Source: a virus
Lineage: Duplodnaviria > Heunggongvirae > Uroviricota > Caudoviricetes
Length of the DNA stretch: 64,000 nt
IMG/VR virus record: IMGVR_UViG_3300027628_000007
Strand: one strand, 5' to 3'
The notes below the pieces were generated by a model, which saw nothing but the letters and a program-made list of their open reading frames with translations, did not search any database and had not been told where the DNA came from. The position numbers were made by a program, and so were the translations under genes. Shown piece after piece: positions 44,934-55,419 of this stretch (its first letter is position 1; each line of letters starts with the position of its first letter).

Positions 44934-45057
44934 GCTGTTCCTCATAATAGAATAATTCTTGCGTAAGCAAGTGGTCGGGAAGAGAAATAGAAAAGGTCAA
45001 GGGCATACGCTCTTGGCTTATTCTAGTGTTATAAACAATAAAAAGGAGTTTTTAAGA

Positions 45058-45258
45058 ATGGCAAAAAGAACAAATTCATTTCAAGTAAAAGGTGAACTAA
45101 GCCTAGCAGAAGGTGTAATTTACGAAGTTAAAAAAGAAGAAGTGTTAACAATCCCTTTCTTTGATATCTTAAAAGAATTTGAAGGAAAAACAATTACATT
45201 CTCTATTAAAGAAGAAAATGAAATTACAGGCGATGAAGCACCAGAATTAGAAGACTAA
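45058..45258 (+). CDS. yonK: YonK-family protein
   Basis: Sequence resemblance and SPbeta-like position; start refined by RBS. Confidence 0.7.
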   Translation: MAKRTNSFQVKGELSLAEGVIYEVKKEEVLTIPFFDILKEFEGKTITFSIKEENEITGDEAPELED

Positions 45259-45275
45259 GAGTAAGGGTGATTACA

Positions 45276-46517
45276 ATGAGGTCATATACTAACAAGAGCG
45301 GTGAACTTATCAAGGTAAGTGAAGAGCATTTAAATACTGCTGTTAGAATTAAGAAAGAACTACAGAACGCATCACCATCAAGAAAGTGCTCATGGTCACT
45401 TCTAGTTAAGATGATGGAGCGTGAGGGCTACTTTGATGCAGATAACAATGAATCATATAGATGCATGATTAAAGCCTTCCAGAAGAGCGTAGGAGAGCTT
45501 CCAGAAGCTCCTAAATATGCTAACATGGTAGCCGACTCAAAGCTTGAATCAATCAAGGAACTGGTTGGAGAAGTGGCGTATGAGAAGCGTGAGAATCAAC
45601 ATGTACTACGAGAGCTTAATAAAGTTAAACGAGATGTGATTGATTTCGCTATCACAGCAGAACAAATTGGCAATGCATTAAAAGAACATGATTTCACTGC
45701 ATTAAAATTTGAAGCACAACCTATCAATATTATTGGCAAGTCTAAGATGGTAGTTAGTTTATCTGATTTACATATCGGTGCAGTTGTTGATAATAAAGTA
45801 AATACATATGATTATGATATTGCGATTAAAAGAATGCAGAAATATTTAAACAAGATTGTAGCAGAGATAAAAGCTAACAACATTTCAGAAGTATATGTTA
45901 TGAATCTTGGAGATACAGTAGAACATTCTTCTATGAGATTTGCACAAGGTTATAAAGTAGAGTTTTCATATTCAGAACAGATTGTAAGAGCATCTGATTT
46001 AATTCAAAAATTCTTAATCGGTCTTGCGGAATATGCAGAAGTAAAATACGCAGGCATAGCAGGAAATCACGATAGAGTAGATGGAGATAAGAATAAAGGT
46101 ATTGATGGTGACCATGCGGTTAAAGCTATCAATTATACAATCAAGCAATTTATCGAAAATGCTAGAATCGAAAGAATCACATATGAACAAGCAGAAGATT
46201 ACAAACATTCGTTTGTAGTAGGTGGTAAGAATATTTTAGCATTACATGGTGATTTAGACAACCAGAACAATCCTAATCTATTAGCAAACCATTCTAAGAA
46301 TGACGGTATTGATTATGACTTAGTATTAATGGGTCACACTCATACACGATTCTTAAAAGAAGTACATGATAATAAATTCATTTCAGTAAGTGGAAGCTTG
46401 AAGGGTGCAGATGATTTCGTATTGAATAAATTACGCAAAGTTTCATCGCCATCACAGAGCTATCACATCATTAGAGAAGATGGAGAAATCGAAGTAAGAT
46501 GGGTAACATTCTTCTAG
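45276..46517 (+). CDS. Calcineurin-like metallophosphoesterase (YonJ-like)
   Basis: SDLH, GD, GNHD, HGD, GHTH motifs. Confidence 0.9.
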   Translation: MRSYTNKSGELIKVSEEHLNTAVRIKKELQNASPSRKCSWSLLVKMMEREGYFDADNNESYRCMIKAFQKSVGELPEAPKYANMVADSKLESIKELVGEVAYEKRENQHVLRELNKVKRDVIDFAITAEQIGNALKEHDFTALKFEAQPINIIGKSKMVVSLSDLHIGAVVDNKVNTYDYDIAIKRMQKYLNKIVAEIKANNISEVYVMNLGDTVEHSSMRFAQGYKVEFSYSEQIVRASDLIQKFLIGLAEYAEVKYAGIAGNHDRVDGDKNKGIDGDHAVKAINYTIKQFIENARIERITYEQAEDYKHSFVVGGKNILALHGDLDNQNNPNLLANHSKNDGIDYDLVLMGHTHTRFLKEVHDNKFISVSGSLKGADDFVLNKLRKVSSPSQSYHIIREDGEIEVRWVTFF

Positions 46518-46577
46518 ATAAAAACTGAATTTTATCAAAAGGTTAACAAAACACCTTAGTTGAAGGCATTATTAGTG

Positions 46578-46650
46578 AGGGGTATTTTATATCGCCTTAA
46601 TTGCATACTCTCCCTTTGCAGTTAAGACGATATGAAAATACTCTTTTTAT
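46578..46650 (+). other. Long hairpin followed by a T run
   Basis: GTATTTT/AAAATAC, ATATCG/CGATAT, TTAATTGCA/TGCAGTTAA. Confidence 0.65.
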
Positions 46651-46678
46651 ATTTCAGAGAAAAAGGAGTGTAACATTA

Positions 46679-47578
46679 GTGAGCACTAGAAAAAGAAAAA
46701 CAGAATCTACTCCCAAGAAGAAATGTTCGTCATGTGGCAAAGAAAAAGCTACAACATTTTTCTTCAAAGTAGACAGTCCTTTATTCCCAGATGGAATGAT
46801 TAACACTTGTCGTGACTGTGTACGTAAGCAAGTAGATGTAAATGATATGGAGCAAGTAATTAGCTTCTTACGACAAATAGACAAGCCGTTCATTCAAGAT
46901 TATTGGAACGAAGCACTTCAATCTAAGAATCATCCATTAGGAGAATATATTAGAAAAATCAATTCTTTAAATCAAGTTAAAAACAAAACATTTGACAATA
47001 GTGATATTGTCGGTGCAGGCACAACAATTGATTTTCAAGCTTCACAAATTTCCGATGAAATAGAAACAGAGGACGGAGAAATTATTAGGTATTCCGACTC
47101 CCTAATTTCAAGATGGGGTGTAGGATACAAAAAGCATGAGTATCTTCGATTAGAGAAATTCTATCAAGATATGATGATGACATATGAGGTTAAAACTACT
47201 AACCACAAACATATGTTAAAGCAATTAGCGAAACTATCTGTAGAAGCAGATAACGCTTTAGCGATTAAAGACTTTACTCTTTATTCAAAGATTAACAAAG
47301 AGTACGATATCATTCTTAAATCAGCAGGTATGCGACCTGTAGATAAAAAGTCTGGTTCGGAAGCAACTGGTCTTTTCTCATTCGCACAAGTTTGGGCAGA
47401 AATCGAAAGAGAGGGATTCGTTCCTCCACAAATGATTGATACACCAAAAGATGACATTGACTACATGTTAATGTGGTATATGCAATTCGCACAGAGACTA
47501 GTTGGTAAACCTGCTAGTACCGAACCTCCTGTTGGATGGAGAGAAGAGGTAATGCCAAGTGACGAATCAGACGAATAA
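46679..47578 (+). CDS. Probable terminase small subunit/packaging accessory with Zn finger
   Basis: CSSC...CRDC; GTG start after AAGGAG; directly before terL. Confidence 0.6.
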   Translation: MSTRKRKTESTPKKKCSSCGKEKATTFFFKVDSPLFPDGMINTCRDCVRKQVDVNDMEQVISFLRQIDKPFIQDYWNEALQSKNHPLGEYIRKINSLNQVKNKTFDNSDIVGAGTTIDFQASQISDEIETEDGEIIRYSDSLISRWGVGYKKHEYLRLEKFYQDMMMTYEVKTTNHKHMLKQLAKLSVEADNALAIKDFTLYSKINKEYDIILKSAGMRPVDKKSGSEATGLFSFAQVWAEIEREGFVPPQMIDTPKDDIDYMLMWYMQFAQRLVGKPASTEPPVGWREEVMPSDESDE

Positions 47579-49247
47579 AGGCATTAGCTCATATGACCAA
47601 GTGAAAGAAGAGTTTAAAAAAGCTCTTTCATTCTTTAGGGAATATCCAGATTATTTTATTGATTTTATTAGAACTGAAAATACACGATTTAGATTAACCC
47701 CTTTCCAAAGAGTATTCCTAAGAGCTTTCTTTAGAAAAAAGAAAGTAGGAATTGTTGCAAGTCGTGGTATTTCAAAGACATACATAGACGTAATGGCACA
47801 TTACTTAAAGTGCATTATGTATCCAAACTCTAGCATCTGTTTAGCGATGCCAACTAAAACTCAAAGTGCGAAAGTAGTTGAGGAAAAAGTTGAAGAGCTT
47901 TGGACAGATTATCCTCTATTAAAGAATGAGGTAATCTTTGAGAAATGTAAGTTCCAGAAGGACTATGTGAGATTAGTATTTCGCAATGGTTCTTCATTAG
48001 ATACATTAACAGTTGGAGAATCATCACGTGGTCTACGTGCTAACAGTATTGCGTTAGAAGAGATTGTCGATGAGAAAATGGATAGAGATACGATAAACAA
48101 CGTTATCCTTCCAATTCTAGCACAACCACGTATGACAAGACATGGTGCAGACCCAAATGAGTATTCTAAGACACAAGCTTACATTACAACTGCTTCTCAC
48201 AAACAATCATATTGTTACGAGAAGTACATGGAATTATTTAATGAAATGGTTGATGGTAAACCAACAATCGTATTAGGTAGTTCTTATGAAATGGGTGCAA
48301 GATTCGGTACATTAGATTTAGATGACGTAACGGAAAAAATTAACTCTGCTACATATTCTCCACTATCATTTGATAGAGAGTATCGTAGTATCTTTACTGG
48401 TTCAAGTGAAAAATCTCTTGTAACAGTTGAAGATATTAATAGATGTAGAACAGAGAAGAAAGCAGAATTTAGAGCCGATAAGAAAGCCAAGGATGCTATG
48501 TACGTATTATCTTACGATATTGCACGTGCAGAAGGTAAACAAACGGCTAACTCATCTCTAGCGGTATTTAAATGCTTACCAAGAGGTGACGGAACTTATC
48601 AGAAGTTCTTAGTTAATATGTTCGTAATGGAAGGTACTCACTTCCATGAGCAGGCATTATTCTTGAAACAAAAAGTAGTAGAGTATAATGCAAGCGTACT
48701 AGTTCTCGACCACAACGGTATCGGTAGAGCGGTAACGGATATTCTGGTAACAGAGATTGATGGAAACCCTCCATACTCTGTAATTAATGATGATAGATAC
48801 GATAAATACAAACGTCCTAACAGTATTCCAATGTTGTACTTAATTTCAGCACAATCAAGAGATACTAATAACAGTGATATTGTAAACGTATTTATGGCAA
48901 CAATTGCCAACAAAGATGTATTCATGCTTAAATCAGAAAGCAATATGCGTGGGATTATTAAAGAGCAAGACCCAACGCTTTTAGGTGAACAACTAATTCC
49001 ATTTATCCAAATAGATAGAATGGTAGACGAAATCATGAACCTTGAATATGTACAAAGTGGTAATAAAACAAGCGTTAAACAAATTTCTAGAAGCGTAGAG
49101 AAAGATAGATATTCTGCCTTTGCTTATGGCTTATTCTATCTGTACTTACTAGAAAAGAAAAATAAAGAAAGACAAAGAGAAACTTACGATGCGACAGGCT
49201 TCTTCGCTGTGAAGAAAGCAAACTATCGTGTTAAGAGTTGGGGATAG
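47559..49247 (+). CDS. terL: Terminase large subunit
   Basis: ASRGISKT Walker A, ALEE Walker B, SYDIAR RNase H-like nuclease, KDRYSA. Confidence 0.92.
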   Translation: MTNQTNKGISSYDQVKEEFKKALSFFREYPDYFIDFIRTENTRFRLTPFQRVFLRAFFRKKKVGIVASRGISKTYIDVMAHYLKCIMYPNSSICLAMPTKTQSAKVVEEKVEELWTDYPLLKNEVIFEKCKFQKDYVRLVFRNGSSLDTLTVGESSRGLRANSIALEEIVDEKMDRDTINNVILPILAQPRMTRHGADPNEYSKTQAYITTASHKQSYCYEKYMELFNEMVDGKPTIVLGSSYEMGARFGTLDLDDVTEKINSATYSPLSFDREYRSIFTGSSEKSLVTVEDINRCRTEKKAEFRADKKAKDAMYVLSYDIARAEGKQTANSSLAVFKCLPRGDGTYQKFLVNMFVMEGTHFHEQALFLKQKVVEYNASVLVLDHNGIGRAVTDILVTEIDGNPPYSVINDDRYDKYKRPNSIPMLYLISAQSRDTNNSDIVNVFMATIANKDVFMLKSESNMRGIIKEQDPTLLGEQLIPFIQIDRMVDEIMNLEYVQSGNKTSVKQISRSVEKDRYSAFAYGLFYLYLLEKKNKERQRETYDATGFFAVKKANYRVKSWG

Positions 49248-49258
49248 GAGGTGCAAAT

Positions 49259-50779
49259 ATGACAGAACAAAACAGTAATGAAAAGGTCGAAAGACCGATA
49301 GCAATGACATTTGACAGTATGGCGTTCGCAAAACTTATGGTTAATGACTTATCTAAATCTAGAGAAGGTCGCAGAATGCTAAAGAAATATAAGCAGAGTG
49401 AAGTACGAGAAATTGTAGAAAACTACAAGATGCCTAAGAACCAAGAGAAGTTGAGAGAGATTTCAAATATCTTGTTTGCGAAGAGTCCACAATACCAGAG
49501 ATTGTTATTCTATCTTTCTGGAATGGCGTTATTTGCACACATTATCGCTCCTATTAAGGATATCAAGAAAGCTAATAAAGCTAAAGTTATTAAACAGTAT
49601 ACTCAAATTGGTGAACTGTTAAAGCTTATGAATCTTCGACATGAAATGACAAAGGTTTTAAAAATCGCATTTCGTGAAGATACTTTCTTTGGATATATTC
49701 ACAGAGATAAGAAATCATTCTACATTCAACATATTGATGCTAATATTTGTCAAATCACGTCTATTGAAGATGGCGTATTTAACTACAGTATTGACATGAG
49801 ATATTTTGAAAAAGATGAAACTAGATTACAAATGTATGGCAAGGAAATCCAAGTCAAATACAGACAATGGAAGAGAACTAAAGGAATGAGGGGCAACAAT
49901 TCACAGCTTGAATCATTCGTAGAACTTAGCCCAGAAAATACAATTTGTATCAAAATTAATGAGGATATGCTAGAGTCATTCCCACCATTTGCAGGTTCAT
50001 TCGATGCGATTTTTGATATCGAAGGATTTAAACAACTTCGTAAAGATAAAGAAGAATTAGGAAACTATATGATTCTTACACAAGAATTGCCAATGCGTAA
50101 AGACAGTGATAATAACAATGACTTTATGATTGACGAAAAGATGATGAGATTCTTCCACGATATGGCTTCTGATACAGTGCCAGAAAACGTAGGAGTAATT
50201 ACATCTCCAATGAAAATTGAACCAGTTAAATTCGACAGAGACAGAGCTGATAGTGACGGTGTTGCGAAAGCAGAACGTGACTTATGGAGCGGTCTTGGGG
50301 TTTCTCAATTATTATTCAATGCAGATAAGTCAACTTCACAGGGTTTAATGATGTCTATCAAGACAGATGAAGAAATCGTGTTTGGAGTGCTTACACAAAT
50401 CCAGAGATGGGTTAATAGATATTTAAAATTTGAGTTTTCAGATTTGATGTTCAATGCACAAATCTTACACGTAACTCATTTTAATAGAGATGAGATGTTC
50501 CAGATGTATCTAACATCCGCTCAATATGGTATTCCAGTAAAGAATCATGTTAGTGCAGTGGTTGGTTTAGACCCAATCGAAACTATGAACATGGCTTACT
50601 TGGAAAATGATTTACTAGAAATGCATGAAGAATTTATTCCTCTAATGTCATCTCACACAATGGGTGCAGAGGGCGTAGCAGGCGTTCAGAATGCAGAAGA
50701 TGGTAGACCTAAGAAAGACCCTAAAAAGGTTTCAGATGAGACAGCGAGAGGGCAGGATAAGCCTAACGCTAATGCTTAA
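49259..50779 (+). CDS. Portal protein
   Basis: Size and position after terL; start refined by RBS. Confidence 0.85.
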   Translation: MTEQNSNEKVERPIAMTFDSMAFAKLMVNDLSKSREGRRMLKKYKQSEVREIVENYKMPKNQEKLREISNILFAKSPQYQRLLFYLSGMALFAHIIAPIKDIKKANKAKVIKQYTQIGELLKLMNLRHEMTKVLKIAFREDTFFGYIHRDKKSFYIQHIDANICQITSIEDGVFNYSIDMRYFEKDETRLQMYGKEIQVKYRQWKRTKGMRGNNSQLESFVELSPENTICIKINEDMLESFPPFAGSFDAIFDIEGFKQLRKDKEELGNYMILTQELPMRKDSDNNNDFMIDEKMMRFFHDMASDTVPENVGVITSPMKIEPVKFDRDRADSDGVAKAERDLWSGLGVSQLLFNADKSTSQGLMMSIKTDEEIVFGVLTQIQRWVNRYLKFEFSDLMFNAQILHVTHFNRDEMFQMYLTSAQYGIPVKNHVSAVVGLDPIETMNMAYLENDLLEMHEEFIPLMSSHTMGAEGVAGVQNAEDGRPKKDPKKVSDETARGQDKPNANA

Positions 50780-50797
50780 AGGAGGTGAAAAGAAAAA

Positions 50798-52192
50798 ATG
50801 GGAAAGAGACTAGACTTCCAATCTAGTATTAGTGAAGTCAAACAAGTAAACCCACTTTTCTCCACCTGTAAAGTAAGAGTGTTGTACACAGGGAAGAATC
50901 GTAACATGTCTATCATTCCAAGAGAAGCGGTAGATAAGGCGATGCCAACTATTTACAACATCCCAATCGTAGGTGAGTTTTTAGTAGAGAATCAAGACTA
51001 CAAAGGTCATGGCGGTAGATTAGATTTAGATTCATACAAATTTATGCATACTACAAAGCCTTATGGTGTTGTTCCAGAATCAGCTACATATGAATGGGAA
51101 ACTGTTAAGAGTGCGGATGGTACGGTACGTGAGTATCTAGTTATCAACGGCTGTTATTTATGGACAGGTAGATATGAAGAGACTTTCAGTGTTGTAGATA
51201 AAGGCAAAGGTCAATCAATGGAAATTGAAGTAACTAGTGGTGAATGGGTAGAAGAAGAAGAAGCATACAGAATTGATGACTTCGTTTTCTCTGCTTTATG
51301 CATACTAGGTGACGATGTTGAACCTGCCTTTGAAGATGCAAACATTGTAGGTTATTCATTAAATAGAGATTCATTCAAAGAAGAGTTCTCTCAAATGTTG
51401 AATGAACTAAAAGTTTCTTTAAAAGAAGAGAAGGAGGTTATTAATTTGACTTTACAAGAATTACTAGAAAAATATTCTATTACAGTTGATGAGCTACAAT
51501 CAGCAGGAGTTGTTATTGAAGGTATCGAAGGTGATGCTTTAGAAACTGTTATCTCTGACTTCGCTAAGAAGAAAAAAGATGACAAAGAAGAAAAACCAGA
51601 AGATAAAAAAGAGGATGCTCCTAAAGAGGAAAAGCCAGAAGACAAAGCTAAGTCTAAAGATGACAAGGAGGAAAAGCCTTCTGACAAGAAAGATGAGGAA
51701 AAACCATCTGACAAGAAAGAAGAAAAGCCTGCTGATAAAAAAGACGAAGCTCCATCTGATAAAAAAGATGAAGAAGAAGATGACGAAGATAAGAAGAAGA
51801 AAAAAGGTAAATTCTCACAAGAAGATTACGATGCTCTTTTAGATGAAATCAAGTCACTTAAAGCAGATAATGCTAAACTATTAGCTTTCAAGAAAGCAGT
51901 AGAAGATGCACAGCATGAAGAAAAAGTATTTGAAGCTATCGCAGAACTAGGTTTAACAGATGAGGATGAAGGAGTTGCAGAACTTAAAGCACAAGCAATG
52001 GAAATCACTTTAGAACAAGTTGAGGAAAAATGCTACAGCCTATTAGGTCGCAAAGCTTTCGCAAGCAAAAAACAATTCTCTAAAGAGAAAGAAAAGGAAA
52101 CTGTTCGTATCCAATTAGGAAACGAAAAAGACCAAAAGGATAACAAATCATATAATCCATATGGTGACTTATTCGAAAAATTTAATAAATAA
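50798..52192 (+). CDS. Prohead protease/scaffold
   Basis: QSME and ALCILG.DVEPAF protease-like N-domain; K/E/D-rich scaffold tail. Confidence 0.8.
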   Translation: MGKRLDFQSSISEVKQVNPLFSTCKVRVLYTGKNRNMSIIPREAVDKAMPTIYNIPIVGEFLVENQDYKGHGGRLDLDSYKFMHTTKPYGVVPESATYEWETVKSADGTVREYLVINGCYLWTGRYEETFSVVDKGKGQSMEIEVTSGEWVEEEEAYRIDDFVFSALCILGDDVEPAFEDANIVGYSLNRDSFKEEFSQMLNELKVSLKEEKEVINLTLQELLEKYSITVDELQSAGVVIEGIEGDALETVISDFAKKKKDDKEEKPEDKKEDAPKEEKPEDKAKSKDDKEEKPSDKKDEEKPSDKKEEKPADKKDEAPSDKKDEEEDDEDKKKKKGKFSQEDYDALLDEIKSLKADNAKLLAFKKAVEDAQHEEKVFEAIAELGLTDEDEGVAELKAQAMEITLEQVEEKCYSLLGRKAFASKKQFSKEKEKETVRIQLGNEKDQKDNKSYNPYGDLFEKFNK

Positions 52193-52217
52193 TTGAAATT
52201 ATTAGGAGGAAAAAATA

Positions 52218-52724
52218 ATGGCTATCGTAAGAAAAGATAAACTATTAGCAGGTTACAACGGTAACTTAGAATCTGTAATCGTTCATGATTCAGCAGACAA
52301 GACTTTAGAAATTACAAACGGTGTATTCGTTACAATCGGTGGTTTACTAGTTGGTCGTGAGACTAAAAAAGCTAACTTAACTAAGGCAGGCGACCACATC
52401 AAGGAAGTATACTTAATTCACAATTCAGAGGTTATGTATGACGAAAGAAAATACAAACTAGCAGACTTCCGTATTCGTGCAGGTAAAGTAGCACGTGCTT
52501 ACCGTTTATACGATGGAGATATCATCACATTAACTACTGACCTATTCAACGGTACTGTAAAAGTTGGAGATGTTTTAATCGCAGGTAAAGACGGTAAATT
52601 AATCAAAGAAGACACAACAAACAAAGCTGTAGATGCAAAAGTTACTTTCACAGTAATTGAAGATGCAGGTTTTGAATTAGACGTAACTATGGGAGCATTT
52701 GCTGTACAAGTTGCACGCAACTAA
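52218..52724 (+). CDS. Capsid decoration protein
   Basis: Position between scaffold and capsid; beta-rich. Confidence 0.65.
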   Translation: MAIVRKDKLLAGYNGNLESVIVHDSADKTLEITNGVFVTIGGLLVGRETKKANLTKAGDHIKEVYLIHNSEVMYDERKYKLADFRIRAGKVARAYRLYDGDIITLTTDLFNGTVKVGDVLIAGKDGKLIKEDTTNKAVDAKVTFTVIEDAGFELDVTMGAFAVQVARN

Positions 52725-52754
52725 TTCTAGCAAATTATAAGGAGGAAAACAAAA

Positions 52755-53825
52755 ATGAGTAAAACTATTGTTAAATTAGGAGTAGACCTAGCAAAAGGTA
52801 GAGTACAAAATTTCTCTGCAAACGAAGCAAACGATACATTACGTAAAGCTTTCGCAGACTTAATGGAGTTCTCTGTAGAAGATGCAAAAGGTCGTGTGGA
52901 AATCCCACGTAAAACTATGCGTAAGCATAAAGTAGAAATCTTCGAGATTTTAGAAGAAATCGTAAATGAAACTTTACAAGAAGGTTTAAAATCTCAATTT
53001 GATGGTTTCGCAGAATATCGTAACCTAGCATGGGGTGACGAAAACTTATTCAAAGTACCAGTGAAGAATATCTTCCGAGTATCATTAGTATCTGATGGTA
53101 ACGGTAATATCAGACGTCAAAGATTACGTGATGGTCAAGAGTTCGCAGTGAGCTTAGACACTTACGCAATCAAAATCGGTGAAGACTTCCACCGCTTCTT
53201 AGCAGGTCGTGTACAATGGGCTGAATTAATGGGCTTAATCGCTGAATCATTCCAACGTGAGTTAACTAAACGTATCTACAGAGCTATCTTAGCTTCTTAC
53301 GGACGTTACAACGGTACATACCACATGAGCGGTAACTTAACAGAGCAAGACCTAATTGAGTTAGCAATGCACATTGAAGCTCGTACAGGTGAGAAAGTTG
53401 CAGTATACGGAACTAAATTAGCTCTACGTAGATTAGCTCCTGCACAGGGTACAATCACAGAAGCTATGAACGATGCTCGTAACAAAGTAGGTTACTACGG
53501 AACAATCGCAGGTATTGACTTACGTGAAATCGAACAATCTCACGACTACGATACTGATTCATTCGTAATCGACAACAACATGTTACTAGTATTACCTCAA
53601 TCTGCTGATAAAATGGTTAAGATTGTAAACGAAGGTGACTCAATCATCCAAGACCAACAAGCAGGCGTATCTAGCGACATGATGCAAGAATACTTCATTG
53701 CAAACCGTTTCGGTGTAGCAATCATCACTACAAAAGTATTCGGCTTCATCAAACTTGCTGATAGCGGTGTTACAAGTTCTATGCAACCTGCACCACCAGT
53801 AGCACAAGGTTATGAAGTTTACTAA
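52755..53825 (+). CDS. Major capsid protein
   Basis: 356 aa, strong codon bias, position. Confidence 0.88.
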   Translation: MSKTIVKLGVDLAKGRVQNFSANEANDTLRKAFADLMEFSVEDAKGRVEIPRKTMRKHKVEIFEILEEIVNETLQEGLKSQFDGFAEYRNLAWGDENLFKVPVKNIFRVSLVSDGNGNIRRQRLRDGQEFAVSLDTYAIKIGEDFHRFLAGRVQWAELMGLIAESFQRELTKRIYRAILASYGRYNGTYHMSGNLTEQDLIELAMHIEARTGEKVAVYGTKLALRRLAPAQGTITEAMNDARNKVGYYGTIAGIDLREIEQSHDYDTDSFVIDNNMLLVLPQSADKMVKIVNEGDSIIQDQQAGVSSDMMQEYFIANRFGVAIITTKVFGFIKLADSGVTSSMQPAPPVAQGYEVY

Positions 53826-53844
53826 GAGTAGGTTTCTAAATTGA

Positions 53845-53873
53845 TATAGTGAGAGGGTTTCCCTCTCCTATAT
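53845..53873 (+). terminator. Hairpin after the capsid gene
   Basis: GAGAGGG-TTT-CCCTCTC. Confidence 0.55.
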
Positions 53874-53924
53874 TATATGATGTTTTCGGACAAAAAACAA
53901 GGGGATAAAAGGAGATAAATAAAT

Positions 53925-54629
53925 ATGGCACAATTAAAGAAACAAGATTTAATTAACATTTTGGTGGAAGAATACGGTTACGAAAAAGAAGATTTAAAAT
54001 TCGATGCTAACGGTAATCCATATACAAATGCAAAACTTAAACTGTTAATCAAGGCAGAAGAAAAAGATGCAGAAAGATTAGAAGATGAAGACTTATTAGA
54101 AGAAGAAGCAAGTCATGCGGATTCTGACAAGATTCCTGTGATGAGTGGTTCAACAGGTACAATTATCTATCGTTCTGAAACTAGCAATAAGTTCTGGAAG
54201 TTTACTCAATTTGGTCAAAAGGATAAAATCCCATATGGCGAATTAGTAGCAATGATGAATAAATATCCACGTTACTTCTTAGAAGGTTGGATTATCATTC
54301 GTGATAGAGCAGTGGTTGAAGAATTTAGATTAGCTGAATTATACAAAAATATTGAAAAGATTGTTTCACCAGAAACATTTGATGAAGTATTTAGCTATCC
54401 AGTAGATAAACTAGAAGCGATTATTAACAGTCTACCAGACGGAATGATTAATACATTTGTCAATAGAGCACAACAATTATATAGTGCAAGACGTTTAGAC
54501 AGTCTGCATGTTAAAAACTTGATTGAAGAAAAATTTAAGTTCTCATTAGATGATAATGCACCAATTAGCGACATCGCACTGGAAACAGACACAGGCGTAC
54601 AAAATATTATCTATGTAGACCATAATTAA
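53925..54629 (+). CDS. Hypothetical virion-module protein
   Basis: ORF with RBS. Confidence 0.8.
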   Translation: MAQLKKQDLINILVEEYGYEKEDLKFDANGNPYTNAKLKLLIKAEEKDAERLEDEDLLEEEASHADSDKIPVMSGSTGTIIYRSETSNKFWKFTQFGQKDKIPYGELVAMMNKYPRYFLEGWIIIRDRAVVEEFRLAELYKNIEKIVSPETFDEVFSYPVDKLEAIINSLPDGMINTFVNRAQQLYSARRLDSLHVKNLIEEKFKFSLDDNAPISDIALETDTGVQNIIYVDHN

Positions 54630-54641
54630 GGGTGATTTACA

Positions 54642-55103
54642 ATGTCAGAATTAGTACCAGTAAATCCAACAAGTGTATCAGAAGTATTCGACAACTTTCT
54701 ATCCAAAATTTCGGATTATAGTTTCCTATCTGTAAATATCACAGATGATGAAATTAATGAAGAGTTAATGGGGTATCTAAAGTCTGCAACTGTAAGATTC
54801 TATAAGTGTAACAATAATTTAAAAATAGTAATGAATGATGAAGAAGAATATATGTTCGTTTCAGAGTTAACGCCTTTTGAAATAGAGGTTCTAACAGTCC
54901 TTATGATTGTAGAATACATGAAACCACAGGTTCTATCAAGTGAAGTAATCAAGCAATCATTAAGTGATAAAGATTTCAGAATCTATTCACAGGCAAATCA
55001 ATTACGAGAATTAAATCTATTATACAGAATGTTTAGAACAGAAGCAACTAAAATGATTACAGAATACACGTACTTCAACTTAGATAAGGAGAATTTTAAA
55101 TGA
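54642..55103 (+). CDS. Probable head-tail adaptor
   Basis: Position; helical. Confidence 0.6.
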   Translation: MSELVPVNPTSVSEVFDNFLSKISDYSFLSVNITDDEINEELMGYLKSATVRFYKCNNNLKIVMNDEEEYMFVSELTPFEIEVLTVLMIVEYMKPQVLSSEVIKQSLSDKDFRIYSQANQLRELNLLYRMFRTEATKMITEYTYFNLDKENFK

Positions 55104-55417
55104 TACAAGACAATGAAAAGCTAGTAATCTATTTAAATTCTATAGTAAACAGTGTATTTAAAGTTTTACCATTGTATGAGGAACAAAATGTGGGCGTAAC
55201 AACTTATGTTGAATCTTTACTATTTGAACTATACGGCTTGCAAGAAGCTGTAGAAATTCAGCATAGCTATGAATATATTTCACTGCTATCAACTCTTGAA
55301 TCTGTGAAGAAAGAGATGGGTAGAGAGCAGAGTAAAAAAGCTACTGTAAAGAGAGAAGTATTCAAGTGTATCAATATCATTAAGAATATGATTGGTAAGC
55401 TTGAAGAGGGTGAATAA
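55100..55417 (+). CDS. Hypothetical head-tail region protein
   Basis: Coupled ORF. Confidence 0.75.
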   Translation: MIQDNEKLVIYLNSIVNSVFKVLPLYEEQNVGVTTYVESLLFELYGLQEAVEIQHSYEYISLLSTLESVKKEMGREQSKKATVKREVFKCINIIKNMIGKLEEGE

Positions 55418-55419
55418 CC

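Noticed and set aside
47559-53825. Introns, inteins or homing endonucleases in terminase, portal or capsid
   Set aside because: ORFs are continuous and of normal length, with no HNH/LAGLIDADG or intein motifs noticed
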